Sequence record: DRR378314_1618
Length of the DNA stretch: 39,844 bases
Direction: 5' to 3' (one strand)
The notes under the pieces were generated by a model. The model did not search any database. It saw only the letters and a program-made list of their open reading frames with translations, and was not told the origin of the DNA. The translations under genes and the position numbers were made by a program. Below, in pieces: positions 8,524-17,733 of the stretch; position 1 is the stretch's first letter, and each line of letters starts with the position of its first letter.

Positions 8524-9594
8524 TCATGCGGCGAAGCAATGCAGGGCGTCGGAAGGCAGGTTGAGGCAGATACAGCCACCAACGCGTAGATCAAGCCGAC
8601 GCGCGGAACGTGGGTCCACATCCACCACAAGGTCCAGCTCAATGTCACTCAGGCGAATGTGGGTGCGGATGAATGCGCCCAAATAATCCAGGGCCTGGAC
8701 CTCCCCTTCCCATTCACCATCGCCGCTGGGTAAGAGGTGGACATCTTCTGGCCTGATCGCCAGTTGGATACATCCCTCGGCTGTGGGCAACGGCCGAACC
8801 AGGTCCAGTTCCCGATTCCCGACCTTTACCCGTTGTCCATTCAGTGGGGCGCTGTCGATAAAGTTCATGGCACCGATGAAGGAAGCAACAAACGCCGACG
8901 CGGGTTGCTGGTAGATGTCCAGGGGCGTTCCCACCTGTTCGATAACGCCGTTGTTCATAACCACTACCCGGTCTGCCATCGCCAGGGCTTCTTCCTGGTC
9001 GTGGGTAACCATGATGGTGGTGACACCCAGTTGCTTCTGGAGGCTGCGGATTTCGCTGCGCAGGTGGTGGCGCACTTTGGCATCCAGCGCCGACAGCGGC
9101 TCGTCGAGCAGCAACAGCCCCGGCGAAGGCGCCAGGGCGCGTGCCAGAGCCACACGTTGCTGCTGGCCACCGGACAATTGGGCAGGGTATTTGCTGGCCT
9201 GGTCTTCCAGCCCAACCAGGGCCAGTAGCTCGTCGACCCGGCGACGGACCTGAGCCTTCGGCATGCCAATACTGCGCAATCCGTAGGCGATGTTGTCGGT
9301 GACCGTCATGTTCGGAAACAAGGCATAGGACTGGAACACAATGCCAAAATCCCGGTCCCTGGGCGGCTTCAGGGAGATGTCCGTCTCGCCCTGGTGGAGT
9401 ATCCCTCCACTCTGGTGCTCAAGCCCCGCAATGATGCGAAGCAGGGTGGTCTTCCCACATCCGGATGGCCCGAGGAAACACACCAACTCACCGGGTTCGA
9501 TGGTGAGATTGATGTCCTTCAGCGCGCAAAAGTCGCCAAAGAACTTGTTCACGGCCTGGATTTCCAGACGGCTTCCCTGGGTTTTGTGGTTCAT
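8524..9594 (-). CDS. aepV: 2-aminoethylphosphonate ABC transporter ATP-binding protein (PhnT2/AepV)
   Basis: GPSGCGKT, LSGGQQQR, LLLDEPLSALD and a TOBE-like C-terminus. Confidence 0.92.
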   Translation of the reverse strand: MNHKTQGSRLEIQAVNKFFGDFCALKDINLTIEPGELVCFLGPSGCGKTTLLRIIAGLEHQSGGILHQGETDISLKPPRDRDFGIVFQSYALFPNMTVTDNIAYGLRSIGMPKAQVRRRVDELLALVGLEDQASKYPAQLSGGQQQRVALARALAPSPGLLLLDEPLSALDAKVRHHLRSEIRSLQKQLGVTTIMVTHDQEEALAMADRVVVMNNGVIEQVGTPLDIYQQPASAFVASFIGAMNFIDSAPLNGQRVKVGNRELDLVRPLPTAEGCIQLAIRPEDVHLLPSGDGEWEGEVQALDYLGAFIRTHIRLSDIELDLVVDVDPRSARRLDLRVGGCICLNLPSDALHCFAA

Positions 9595-9622
9595 GGTACC
9601 CCCTGCTCTTGAATAATCTGGT

Positions 9623-9646
9623 GCGGCGCCCGAAACCGGGCACCGC
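9623..9646 (-). other. Intercistronic stem-loop downstream of the binding-protein gene (mRNA-stabilising or attenuating)
   Basis: On the - strand GCGGTGCCCG-GTTT-CGGGCGCCGC forms a 10-bp stem with one U-G pair and no U tail. Confidence 0.45.
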
Positions 9647-9680
9647 TTTGGCTTAACGGGCTAGCGCCCGATCCGCCGAC

Positions 9681-10694
9681 TCACTTTGCTTCGGATTTGC
9701 CGTCGTAGCGACGCGCCCATTCAGTCAGGATGGCCTCACGGTTGCTGGCCGCCCAACCAAAGTCGTTGTCGATGATCAGCTCGTCCGCGTTCTCCGGGAA
9801 ATACTTCACCGGCTGTGCCACACCTGGCATGCCCACGATGGCGTAGCCTTCGTTGTACATTTCCATGGCCTTGCGGGTGATGGACCAGTCAACCAGCGTT
9901 TGTGCGGCTTCCATCTTGTCCGTTCCATCAACAATGGCAGTCGCTTCCACTTCCCAGCCCAGGCCTTCTTCAGGGAACACCAGTTCCAGGGGTGCGCCCT
10001 GTTCCTTCAGACGGGCACCACGGAAGGCGAAGGAAACGCCGATGGTGGTCTCGCCGGAAGCCGCCATCTTGCAGGGCTTGGAACCGGAGTGGGTATAACG
10101 GCTGATGTTATCGTGCAGCCCATCCATGAATTCCCAGCCCTTGTCCTCACCCATCATCTGAAGCCAAGCAGAGACATCAAGGAAGCCGGTACCGGAAGAG
10201 TTCGGGTTTGGCATAACCACATGGCCCTGGTAAACCGGCTTGGTCAGATCCTCCCAGCTGGTAGGCATTGGCAGGTTGTTGTTCTCGGCTTCGATGGTGT
10301 TCACACAGATGGCGGCCATCCACGCATCCATACCCACCCAGGAAGGCGTTTCATCGCGGTCGCGGAACTTCGGAGACAGTTTTTCCAGCCCTTCCGGCGC
10401 ATAGGGAACCAACATACCTTCGTTTTTCAGCAGCAACAGGCTGGTGCCGGCCAGTCCCCAGACCACATCCGCCTGCGAATTCTGTTTTTCCGCCAGCAGG
10501 CGCGCCGTGACGACACCGGTGGAATCGCGAACCCAGTTGATCTTGATGTCCGGATGGTCCTCGTTGAAACGCTCGGCGTACTTCTTGAGGTCCTCTGCTT
10601 CAACCGCTGAGTACACGGTCAGTTCGGTCTGGGCATTGGCGTTGATGGCAACGGCAAGTGTGGTCAGGGCAAGGGCTTTCTTGAGGTGTTTCAC
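9681..10694 (-). CDS. aepX: 2-aminoethylphosphonate ABC transporter substrate-binding protein (PhnS2/AepX)
   Basis: GTG start with AAGGAG RBS; signal peptide; WVRDSTGVVTARLLAEK, MPNPNSSGTGFLDV, YTHSGSKPCK; adjacent to phnWX. Confidence 0.93.
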   Translation of the reverse strand: MKHLKKALALTTLAVAINANAQTELTVYSAVEAEDLKKYAERFNEDHPDIKINWVRDSTGVVTARLLAEKQNSQADVVWGLAGTSLLLLKNEGMLVPYAPEGLEKLSPKFRDRDETPSWVGMDAWMAAICVNTIEAENNNLPMPTSWEDLTKPVYQGHVVMPNPNSSGTGFLDVSAWLQMMGEDKGWEFMDGLHDNISRYTHSGSKPCKMAASGETTIGVSFAFRGARLKEQGAPLELVFPEEGLGWEVEATAIVDGTDKMEAAQTLVDWSITRKAMEMYNEGYAIVGMPGVAQPVKYFPENADELIIDNDFGWAASNREAILTEWARRYDGKSEAK

Positions 10695-10736
10695 GCAAGT
10701 CTCCTTTTACAGGGTCAGGTTGAGGCACTCTTTTTC

Positions 10737-10808
10737 TGGTCTATACCAGTTTCGATCACCACTACCTTAGGGCTATTTGATTGCAAAGACGTGACAGCCA
10801 TGTGACGT
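10737..10808 (-). promoter_or_regulatory. Pho box, -10 element and PhnR operator of the transporter operon
   Basis: - strand: ACGTCAC-atgg-CTGTCAC-gtct-TTGCAAT (10808-10780), 10 nt, TAAGGT (10769-10764), TGGTATAGACCA (10748-10737). Confidence 0.8.
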
Positions 10809-10823
10809 TTCCTTGGCCGTCGC

Positions 10824-11651
10824 TTACGGGCGCTCACCCGCTTGCAAGCGGCGACCGATATCGGCGAGCACGTTTGGCAAATCCGCAATGGAGTCAATCA
10901 CATAGTGAGCGGCTGACTGCGCCATAACACGGTGCCCGCGGGCGAGGATGTCCGCTCGCTCTGCGTCGTCGAGGGCGGAAAGCTGCTCTTCACTGAGCCC
11001 GACCGCATTCCCGGATGCCACCACCGCCACCGTCCACATGCCGGCGTTCAGGCCTTCTTCAATTCCCGTGGTGGTGTCGTCAACTTTTACGCAGCCCTGA
11101 ACGGCGGTAATACCCAGTTCGAGCGCATTCTTCAGGCTCATATGGGGTGCGGGCCTTCCCTGGGGCACTTCCGTTGCCACCACAACGCTTTCCGGTTCGA
11201 AGCCCTGGGTAGCCAACCCCGGCAGCATCACCTTCACCATTTCGCGGCTGTACCCGGTATTCACACCAAGCCTGATGCCCTGTTCACGAAGTTGCTCCTG
11301 CAGAGCCAGGGCGCCGGGAATCAACTTTGTGCGTTCAGCGATGGCGGCTGTTTGCAGCGGCAGGAAGGCGTCGTAGAGTCGATCAATATCAGGGCTTTCA
11401 GGCTCACTACCGAAGGTACTGCGCCACTGGTTACGGATTCGTGGCATGGCCAGCAGGCGGCGGATGTGTTCGCGTTTTTCGGTGCCCATGGGCTCACGGG
11501 CTTCCGCTTCAGACAGGTCGATACCCTCTGCTTCAAACAGCTTCAGAAACGCCTGGATGGGCGCCAGCGATCCAAAGTCCACGCAGGTGCCGGCCAGGTC
11601 CATAATCACCGCCTGGAGCGGCCCGGTGTATCGACGGGTGTAGGTATGCAT
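10824..11651 (-). CDS. phnX: Phosphonoacetaldehyde hydrolase (phosphonatase)
   Basis: DLAGTCVDFGS, PMGTEKREH (Schiff-base Lys), GRPAPHM and KVDDTTTGIEEGLNAGMWTV. Confidence 0.96.
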   Translation of the reverse strand: MHTYTRRYTGPLQAVIMDLAGTCVDFGSLAPIQAFLKLFEAEGIDLSEAEAREPMGTEKREHIRRLLAMPRIRNQWRSTFGSEPESPDIDRLYDAFLPLQTAAIAERTKLIPGALALQEQLREQGIRLGVNTGYSREMVKVMLPGLATQGFEPESVVVATEVPQGRPAPHMSLKNALELGITAVQGCVKVDDTTTGIEEGLNAGMWTVAVVASGNAVGLSEEQLSALDDAERADILARGHRVMAQSAAHYVIDSIADLPNVLADIGRRLQAGERP

Positions 11652-11670
11652 AACATTCTCCCTTCAGGAT

Positions 11671-12822
11671 TCAGACGGTTTCGAGGTTGTCCGGTGCGAC
11701 GGCGGGCGCCGGGACGGGTATCGACAGGCCGAGCTCCTGGCAGGCCTCGGCAATCGCGGTAATAACGGCGTCAATCTGCTCATCGTGGAGCTGGCCAATG
11801 CAGCCCACCCGAAAACTGTCCGCCACGGTGAGTTTGCCGGGGTAGATGAGAAAGCCACGAGCCTTGATCGAGTCGTAGAAGTGACGGAATTCAAACGCCG
11901 GGCTGTTCGGCGACAGGAAGGTGGTGATGATCGGCGACAGCCACTCATCCGCCAGCAAGGTCCGGAAGCCGATCTCACGAAGGCCAGCCACCAGGCGGTC
12001 TCGATTGCGGCTGTAACGGGCCAGACGACCGCTCACTCCACCCTCGGCTTCGTGTTCACGCATGGCCTGGAGAAAGGCAGCCACCACATGGGTGGGCGGG
12101 GTGTAGCGCCACTGCCCGGTTTTCTCCATGTATTGCCACTGATCATGGAGATCCAGGGACAGGCTGTGGCACTGGCCGGCTGAAGCCGACAACAAATTCC
12201 GTTCGACAATGGCGAACCCGAACCCCGGAACACCCTCGAAGCACTTGTTGGCGGAGGACACGAGGGCTGCACAGGGCAGCTCGGCCACATTGACCGGCAA
12301 GGCTCCAAAGGCGCTCATGCTGTCGATAATCAGGCGCTTGCCGGCCTCGCGGCACACCTCGGCAATGTCTTTGATCGGATTGAGAATGCCGGAGCTGGTT
12401 TCACAATGAACCACCACCACCTGTTCGATCTCGGGATGCTCTTTCAAGGCAACGGCAACTTCGTCGCCGCGCGGCGGGTGGTAATCCCCCTTATCAATGG
12501 CCAGATACGGGCGCCCCAACGTGTCGAGGATCTTGCCGATGCGCTGACCATAGGCACCATTCATCAGTACCAGAGTCGTACTGGCTGGTGGAATCACCGT
12601 GCCAAGCGTGGCTTCCACCGCGAAGGTGCCACTGCCCTGCATGGGCACGCAAACGTGGCTTTCCCTACCGCCAGCCACGTCGAGCAGCCGCTCACACATT
12701 TCGGCCGTTAGGCCATTGAAGTCGCCGTCCCAGGAGCCCCAGTCGTGCAACATGGCCTGTTTCACGGAGAGGCTGGTGGTCAATGGACCGGGAGTGAGCA
12801 AATAGGGATCTTTTGGGGTCAT
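11671..12822 (-). CDS. phnW: 2-aminoethylphosphonate--pyruvate transaminase
   Basis: [70 protein letters not shown] at 12822 has GGAG RBS (ORF call starts at 12834). Confidence 0.96.
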   Translation of the reverse strand: MTPKDPYLLTPGPLTTSLSVKQAMLHDWGSWDGDFNGLTAEMCERLLDVAGGRESHVCVPMQGSGTFAVEATLGTVIPPASTTLVLMNGAYGQRIGKILDTLGRPYLAIDKGDYHPPRGDEVAVALKEHPEIEQVVVVHCETSSGILNPIKDIAEVCREAGKRLIIDSMSAFGALPVNVAELPCAALVSSANKCFEGVPGFGFAIVERNLLSASAGQCHSLSLDLHDQWQYMEKTGQWRYTPPTHVVAAFLQAMREHEAEGGVSGRLARYSRNRDRLVAGLREIGFRTLLADEWLSPIITTFLSPNSPAFEFRHFYDSIKARGFLIYPGKLTVADSFRVGCIGQLHDEQIDAVITAIAEACQELGLSIPVPAPAVAPDNLETV

Positions 12823-12839
12823 GAAGGTCTCCATCGGGA

Positions 12840-14072
12840 TTAGCCAGTGCGTTTCCGGGCGCGCGCCTCGGCGCAGCGGAAGATGAAATCGGGACTGCAG
12901 GAATCAATGGCTCCGAAGCGATCCAGGCGGAACGGTTCGGAGGGCACAAAGGGGCGCTGGTTGGTGGCCCGCTCAGCGATAAACCGCCCTATACCACCGG
13001 ACATGCCGATGCCCGCTCCGGAGCAACCGGTGGCGGCGATGAAACCCTCGACACCAGGCATAGAGTCCAACAGGGGAAAACCATCGGGGGTGTAGCTGGA
13101 CACATTACTGACGTAGTGAGCCAGCTTTAACTCGTCCAGCACAGGGAGCTGGGAGCGAAGAGCCTCATAGCCGCTTTCAAGAGCAAGCTCACCCGTCGGA
13201 TCGGTGTCGAAGCGAAAGCCCTGAAGGTTATCCGGTAAGGTTTTTGGATGAGCCACGACCGATTGCGGATCTCGCAACCCGAATAACAAGCCACCCACTT
13301 CCGGGCGCGCATAGGCGCCGCTATCGGGCAAAATGGTTATCGGGCCGTTGGTGGGCACCGACGGGTGCGGCGCTGATATCCAGTAATGACTGCGAACTGG
13401 CGCCATGCCAAGGTGGATATTCGCCTGCAGCGCCAGCGCAGTGCTCCAGGGGCCGGCCGCGTCAATAACGGTTCCGGCGGAGATCATTTCGCCGTCGGCG
13501 AGGCGCACGCCAGTCACCCTCGAGCCTTGCTGCAGGAGCTCGCTGACCGTTCGTTTGAGAAGAAACCGGGTGCCGTTTCGCCTGGCTTCGGCCGCATAGG
13601 CCAAGCAGAGCGTGTAGGGATCAATGTAACCATCATCCGGCAACCACAAGGCGGAGGTCTCGGACGTCAGCTCAAGCCAGGGAGCCAGCCGCATGCCTTC
13701 ACCCGCGCTGATCTGCTCCGCGGACACACCGGCATCCGCTGCCCGTTGCGCCATCTGCTCGATCTGCTGCCGCCCCTCCGGTTTGGCTGACACATTCAGG
13801 CTGCCCACCCTTCGCAGGGGCAACGGTTGGCCAACGCTGTTTTCCAGCTCGTCGATGGCACGAAACGTTTCCATCACCATGGCCGTCAGCACCCGGTGGG
13901 GGCGAACCCGGGTCAGCAATGCCGCTGCGTGGCTGGTGGTTTGTTCACCCAGCCCGTGGCGCTCAACAACGACAACACCAAGGCCAGGCGTCCGGCTCAG
14001 GTATCGGGCTATGGCGCATCCAAGGATGCCGCCGCCAATGACGACGATATCCGGATGATGGGTTGTGGGCAT
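12840..14072 (-). CDS. FAD-dependent amine oxidoreductase (DAO family, resembling the sarcosine/dimethylglycine dehydrogenase FAD domain); candidate N-methyl-AEP oxidase
   Basis: [31 protein letters not shown] and [10 protein letters not shown]; first gene of the phnWX operon. Confidence 0.85.
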   Translation of the reverse strand: MPTTHHPDIVVIGGGILGCAIARYLSRTPGLGVVVVERHGLGEQTTSHAAALLTRVRPHRVLTAMVMETFRAIDELENSVGQPLPLRRVGSLNVSAKPEGRQQIEQMAQRAADAGVSAEQISAGEGMRLAPWLELTSETSALWLPDDGYIDPYTLCLAYAAEARRNGTRFLLKRTVSELLQQGSRVTGVRLADGEMISAGTVIDAAGPWSTALALQANIHLGMAPVRSHYWISAPHPSVPTNGPITILPDSGAYARPEVGGLLFGLRDPQSVVAHPKTLPDNLQGFRFDTDPTGELALESGYEALRSQLPVLDELKLAHYVSNVSSYTPDGFPLLDSMPGVEGFIAATGCSGAGIGMSGGIGRFIAERATNQRPFVPSEPFRLDRFGAIDSCSPDFIFRCAEARARKRTG

Positions 14073-14090
14073 GATTGCTCCTCGCTCATC

Positions 14091-14146
14091 TGGTATAGAC
14101 CAGTCTGGCGAGAAACTGTGACGGTTTTATGAATACCCGATGACAG
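14091..14146 (-). promoter_or_regulatory. Pho box, -10 element and PhnR operator of the oxidoreductase-phnW-phnX operon
   Basis: - strand: CTGTCAT-cggg-TATTCAT-aaaa-CCGTCAC (14146-14118), 10 nt, CAGACT (14107-14102); operator TGGTATAGACCA on + strand at 14091-14102. Confidence 0.8.
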
Positions 14147-14169
14147 GACCGTGTCGCAGGGCTGGGTGA

Positions 14170-14898
14170 TCAGTTGACCTCGACCTGAATGCTCAGGGCG
14201 TCGTGCAGCCAGAATTCTTCATCAAACTCCACGAAGCACCCTTCGGCGTCGTGACTGCAACGGGTTACGTAGAGTCCAGCCGTACCTGCCGTCACGCCGA
14301 TCGCATTTGCCTGCGGATCAACCAGAGCCGTCGGGTACATTTCAATGCGCTTACCCTGCAATTCCACCCCGTATTGCTCACGCAGCAGTTTCCAAAGGGA
14401 GCGATTGAAGTCATAGGTTTCAATGCCTGGCAGGCGTTTCGGGTTCAGGTAGATGTTCTCGACCAACACCGGTCGACCATCGATCTGCCGGCGCCTGCGG
14501 AGCCATACAATCGGGTCGCCGACGGCCAGGCCGGTTTTCACCGCGAGCCAGGCATTGATTTCAGTGGGTGTGACATCCAGGGTTTCGGTCGCCGGAACGC
14601 GCCCCTGGGAGGTGACATTATCGGAGAAACTGTAGTCCTGGGTGGGTTTGTAGATCAGCCGTGGCGGCGAAACAAACCAGCCTCGCCGGTTGGAACGGTA
14701 TATCCTGCCCTCGGCTTCCAGCTGGGCCAGCGCCAGCCGGGTGGTCACACGCGTGGTGCCGTGTTCATCCGCCAGGATCCGCTCTGAGGGCAGACGGGTA
14801 TTGGGCGTTAACGACCCCTCCTCGATCTGGATCGCCAGTTGATCCCGCACTCTCATATACAGAGGCGCGGTGCCTTCCCCGACCAACCGCTCTTGCAT
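14170..14898 (-). CDS. phnR: GntR/HutC-subfamily (UTRA) phosphonate utilisation regulator
   Basis: ATG at 14898 with GAGGAG RBS; RLPSERILAD...TTRVTTRLALAQLEAEGRIYRSNRRGWFVSPPRLIY; UTRA domain ending EFDEEFWLHDA. Confidence 0.88.
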   Translation of the reverse strand: MQERLVGEGTAPLYMRVRDQLAIQIEEGSLTPNTRLPSERILADEHGTTRVTTRLALAQLEAEGRIYRSNRRGWFVSPPRLIYKPTQDYSFSDNVTSQGRVPATETLDVTPTEINAWLAVKTGLAVGDPIVWLRRRRQIDGRPVLVENIYLNPKRLPGIETYDFNRSLWKLLREQYGVELQGKRIEMYPTALVDPQANAIGVTAGTAGLYVTRCSHDAEGCFVEFDEEFWLHDALSIQVEVN

Positions 14899-14929
14899 AC
14901 TCTCGCTCCTCAGTTCAACAAAACCATCC

Positions 14930-14963
14930 ACAATAGGACCGCAAGGTGACGCCAGTATGACAA
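14930..14963 (-). promoter_or_regulatory. Pho box and -10 element of phnR (no operator palindrome)
   Basis: - strand: TTGTCAT-actg-GCGTCAC (14963-14946), 10 nt, TATTGT (14935-14930). Confidence 0.72.
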
Positions 14964-15017
14964 AGCACCGGCCTGTTTCGTACCGGGCGCTCGTGCTGTC
15001 CCGCCCCCGCTCCAATG

Positions 15018-15053
15018 AAAAAACCCAGGCCCGGTAAAACGAGGGCCTGGGTT
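15018..15053 (-). terminator. Rho-independent terminator of the metallophosphoesterase gene
   Basis: - strand: AACCCAGGCCC-loop-GGGCCTGGG followed by TTTTTT. Confidence 0.8.
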
Positions 15054-15085
15054 CTGACGGCTACTCTGCCGTGAAAACGGCGATG

Positions 15086-17515
15086 TCAGTACAACAGGTT
15101 TAGGGAGAGGTTGTCGAAGTAGACGTCGTTATCGCTGCCTGCTTTGCGCTCGCCACCCATGTAAACCCTGATGCTGCGAACACCGACAGGCAGGAATCCA
15201 TCCAGCCCCTGCGTCTCCCAACTTTTAACGGAAGAACTGGTTCGTGTTGCCGATTTGCCCCACTCGATCGGCTGATCGCTGCCATCCAGCAGTTCTACCC
15301 TGAGTTCGGGCACATCGTCGGCGGACCAGGTGGTCATACGGGCTGAAAGCTCAATGTAAACCTTACCGGCATCGATATCCGCCCCATAACCGGAGACATC
15401 CACAGTTTGATAGGCCGTGTCGGTACAACAGTCTCCAGGCTGACCCTGCCCAAAACCACGCCCCGCGAAGTAAAAGTCCCCCTCATCGGCGGCGAAACCG
15501 CCGTTGTTGGTCGCAGTGATCGCGCTGATGAGGCCACCTGTAAGCGTCCACCCAGTAAGATCGCCCGCTTCGGCATCACCGTTGGCCAGCAGATTGGATG
15601 TCCGGGTACCGGCCAAACTGAAGCTGTAACTGTTGCTCCACGTCGACCAGTTCATCTGCTCATCGCGGACTCTGGCACGCCAGTAGTAAGTGGTACCGGG
15701 TTTGAAGCTCAGCGTGTGGCGCGGCTGGCCGCCGTATGCATCGTAGGCCGAGGTATGGGTATTCTGTGAGTCAAAGCGCTTGTTCCAGCGGTAATAGTCA
15801 TCCCCGCCCGGGCGCACGGTCTGGCTGTCCAGCAGCGCGGACAGATCAAGCCGGAAGATGTCTGCCCCTTGCTGGGTATCGACCGCTTCATAACCGAGGT
15901 ATTCATCGCCACCTACGCGAGATGCCTCGTCATAGAAAAAGTTTTGCCGCCGGGTTTCGTTGCCCCAGATGTCGAACACCGTGCCCTCGAAGGTTTCGCT
16001 CTCGGAAACCTGCCACTGAACTTCGTGGACCTGCTCGGGCGCACCGACGTTGATGCCCAGCTCGATCTCCGTCGCGGACAGCTCGCCAGTACCTGCGGTA
16101 GCCTGCGGCAGGTTGTCGTTCGTAGCCGCAGCGAACGTTACCTCGTCCACCACCTCGAAGTCCGTGTCTCCGTCGTAACCGCCTTTCTTGCGCTGCAGCG
16201 TCACCGAAGCCTCGGGGCCGAACCGATAGGTCAGCACGCTGTAGCCGAACTCGCTCCGGCTAACCTCAAAGGTGTCGTAGTCGCTGATCTGATTGTTCTG
16301 GTGGTCAGCACTGTCCAGCGGTTCAATATACCCGGAGGCGCTGGCCGCATTGAGCCACAAGTGCGGTGTATTCAGGGACTGCCCTCGTGAGTAGGCATGT
16401 GTGTGACCAAAGAAGTGACCTGTCACGGCCCCGGTGTTTTCACTGTACTGTTCCAGCTCTGACACCATTTCGCAGGAGCCAATACTCTCCCCAACGTTCC
16501 ACATTTCTGACAGACAGCCGTGGTGGAACATCCCCATCACAAACGTCTTCTGCTGTATCTCGGCATCCCTCAGGGTTTCTCGCAACCACTGGCGCTGCAC
16601 CGCCAGCGTCTCACGGTTAAAGCTGCCATGGGCACCCGATATCGGATAGCTGTCCAGGCCGACCAGGCGAAGGTCCAGATAGTCCAGAAAATACCAGTGG
16701 TCTTCGTAACCAACAGAACCATTGTCAGGTGGTGACATGTAGGTTCGATAGAGTTCCAGCTCGGCGTTGGAGTAATAATCATGGTTGCCAGGTACGGTGA
16801 CCAGAGGCACGTAGGGTGTGATATCGGCCATCCGCCCGAACAGCTGCTCTCGCCAGTGCGACCGTTCGCCACCGGTCTGTACCACGTCTCCCGAGATGGT
16901 GATGGCGGCAATATTCTCGGCACAGGTCTCGGGCTGGGAGCCGTCGCATTCCTCCATCATGAAACCGGCGGAGACCACGTTGTTCAGCACGACCTCATAG
17001 ATTTCCCGGTCCAGTTGGGTGTCGCTCAGGGCAATGAATCGGGCTTCGGTGACATCATCGCTGTCATTGGGCCAGGTCTTGAAGGCGAACGCCTGGGTTA
17101 CTCGCTGGTTGTCCTCGACGTCCTTAGTGGTTACGTAGTACTCGTAAAGGGTATTGGACACCAGGCCCGACAGGACCGAGCGGTAAACCAGCCCATCCGC
17201 GGAGTGAATCTCTGCTTCAACTTTCTTGAATTCCTCACCCGAACCGAATGCACGGGCCCATACTTCCGGCTCGGTGTTCTCGGTTTCAAACATCACCGTC
17301 ATGGTGTCGCTTCCGGGTGCCTGCAAATAAGGCCGAACGATGAAGTCCGGACTTTCAGCGGCTTGCGGCGGTGGCACGGCAATCGGATCAGGATTGCCGG
17401 GCACTTCCGCGCCCGGACCAGGATCAGGATCAGACTTTGAATCAGAACCGTTGCATCCTGCTAACAACAGCGCAGAAGCGCTCAAAGCCAGCAAGGTTCG
17501 GTAAGAGATGAACAT
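15086..17515 (-). CDS. Lipoprotein metallophosphoesterase (purple acid phosphatase/calcineurin-like), with FN3-like and C-terminal beta-sandwich (CBM/FBA-like) domains, 809 aa
   Basis: ATG at 17515 with AAGGAG RBS; lipobox LLLAG-C; Pro-rich linker; PYLQAPG N-domain; LSDTQ, GDVV, GNHD, MFHH and GHTH motifs; TYYWRARVRD; NLLANGDAEAGDLTGW...YFDNLSL. Confidence 0.85.
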   Translation of the reverse strand: MFISYRTLLALSASALLLAGCNGSDSKSDPDPGPGAEVPGNPDPIAVPPPQAAESPDFIVRPYLQAPGSDTMTVMFETENTEPEVWARAFGSGEEFKKVEAEIHSADGLVYRSVLSGLVSNTLYEYYVTTKDVEDNQRVTQAFAFKTWPNDSDDVTEARFIALSDTQLDREIYEVVLNNVVSAGFMMEECDGSQPETCAENIAAITISGDVVQTGGERSHWREQLFGRMADITPYVPLVTVPGNHDYYSNAELELYRTYMSPPDNGSVGYEDHWYFLDYLDLRLVGLDSYPISGAHGSFNRETLAVQRQWLRETLRDAEIQQKTFVMGMFHHGCLSEMWNVGESIGSCEMVSELEQYSENTGAVTGHFFGHTHAYSRGQSLNTPHLWLNAASASGYIEPLDSADHQNNQISDYDTFEVSRSEFGYSVLTYRFGPEASVTLQRKKGGYDGDTDFEVVDEVTFAAATNDNLPQATAGTGELSATEIELGINVGAPEQVHEVQWQVSESETFEGTVFDIWGNETRRQNFFYDEASRVGGDEYLGYEAVDTQQGADIFRLDLSALLDSQTVRPGGDDYYRWNKRFDSQNTHTSAYDAYGGQPRHTLSFKPGTTYYWRARVRDEQMNWSTWSNSYSFSLAGTRTSNLLANGDAEAGDLTGWTLTGGLISAITATNNGGFAADEGDFYFAGRGFGQGQPGDCCTDTAYQTVDVSGYGADIDAGKVYIELSARMTTWSADDVPELRVELLDGSDQPIEWGKSATRTSSSVKSWETQGLDGFLPVGVRSIRVYMGGERKAGSDNDVYFDNLSLNLLY

Positions 17516-17530
17516 CGGACTCTCCTTTGT

Positions 17531-17602
17531 TGGTATATACCAGAATTGGTACATACCAATTTAAGGGGATTAGATGTCATTTCGGTGATCTTTATGTTGC
17601 GG
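17531..17602 (-). promoter_or_regulatory. Tandem PhnR-type operators, -10 element and degenerate Pho-like repeats of the metallophosphoesterase gene
   Basis: TGGTATATACCA (17531-17542) and TGGTACATACCA (17547-17558); - strand TAAATT (17563-17558), preceded at 10 nt by CCGCAAC-ataa-AGATCAC-cgaa-ATGACAT (17602-17574). Confidence 0.75.
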
Positions 17603-17733
17603 GGCTCTTAAAAATGTATCGGATTTACCGAGGAACCGCCTCCGCCACCTCAGGCGGTCTGCGCCGAGCTTGTGGAGAGCTGGTAATGTCGGGATAGGGC
17701 GTGGCGAATGCTTGTCCGGCGCAGAAGCCGTAA

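Noticed and set aside
17360-17450. Short GGATCA-type repeats in the metallophosphoesterase 5' region
   Set aside because: They encode the Pro/Asp-rich lipoprotein linker and are not a DNA repeat element
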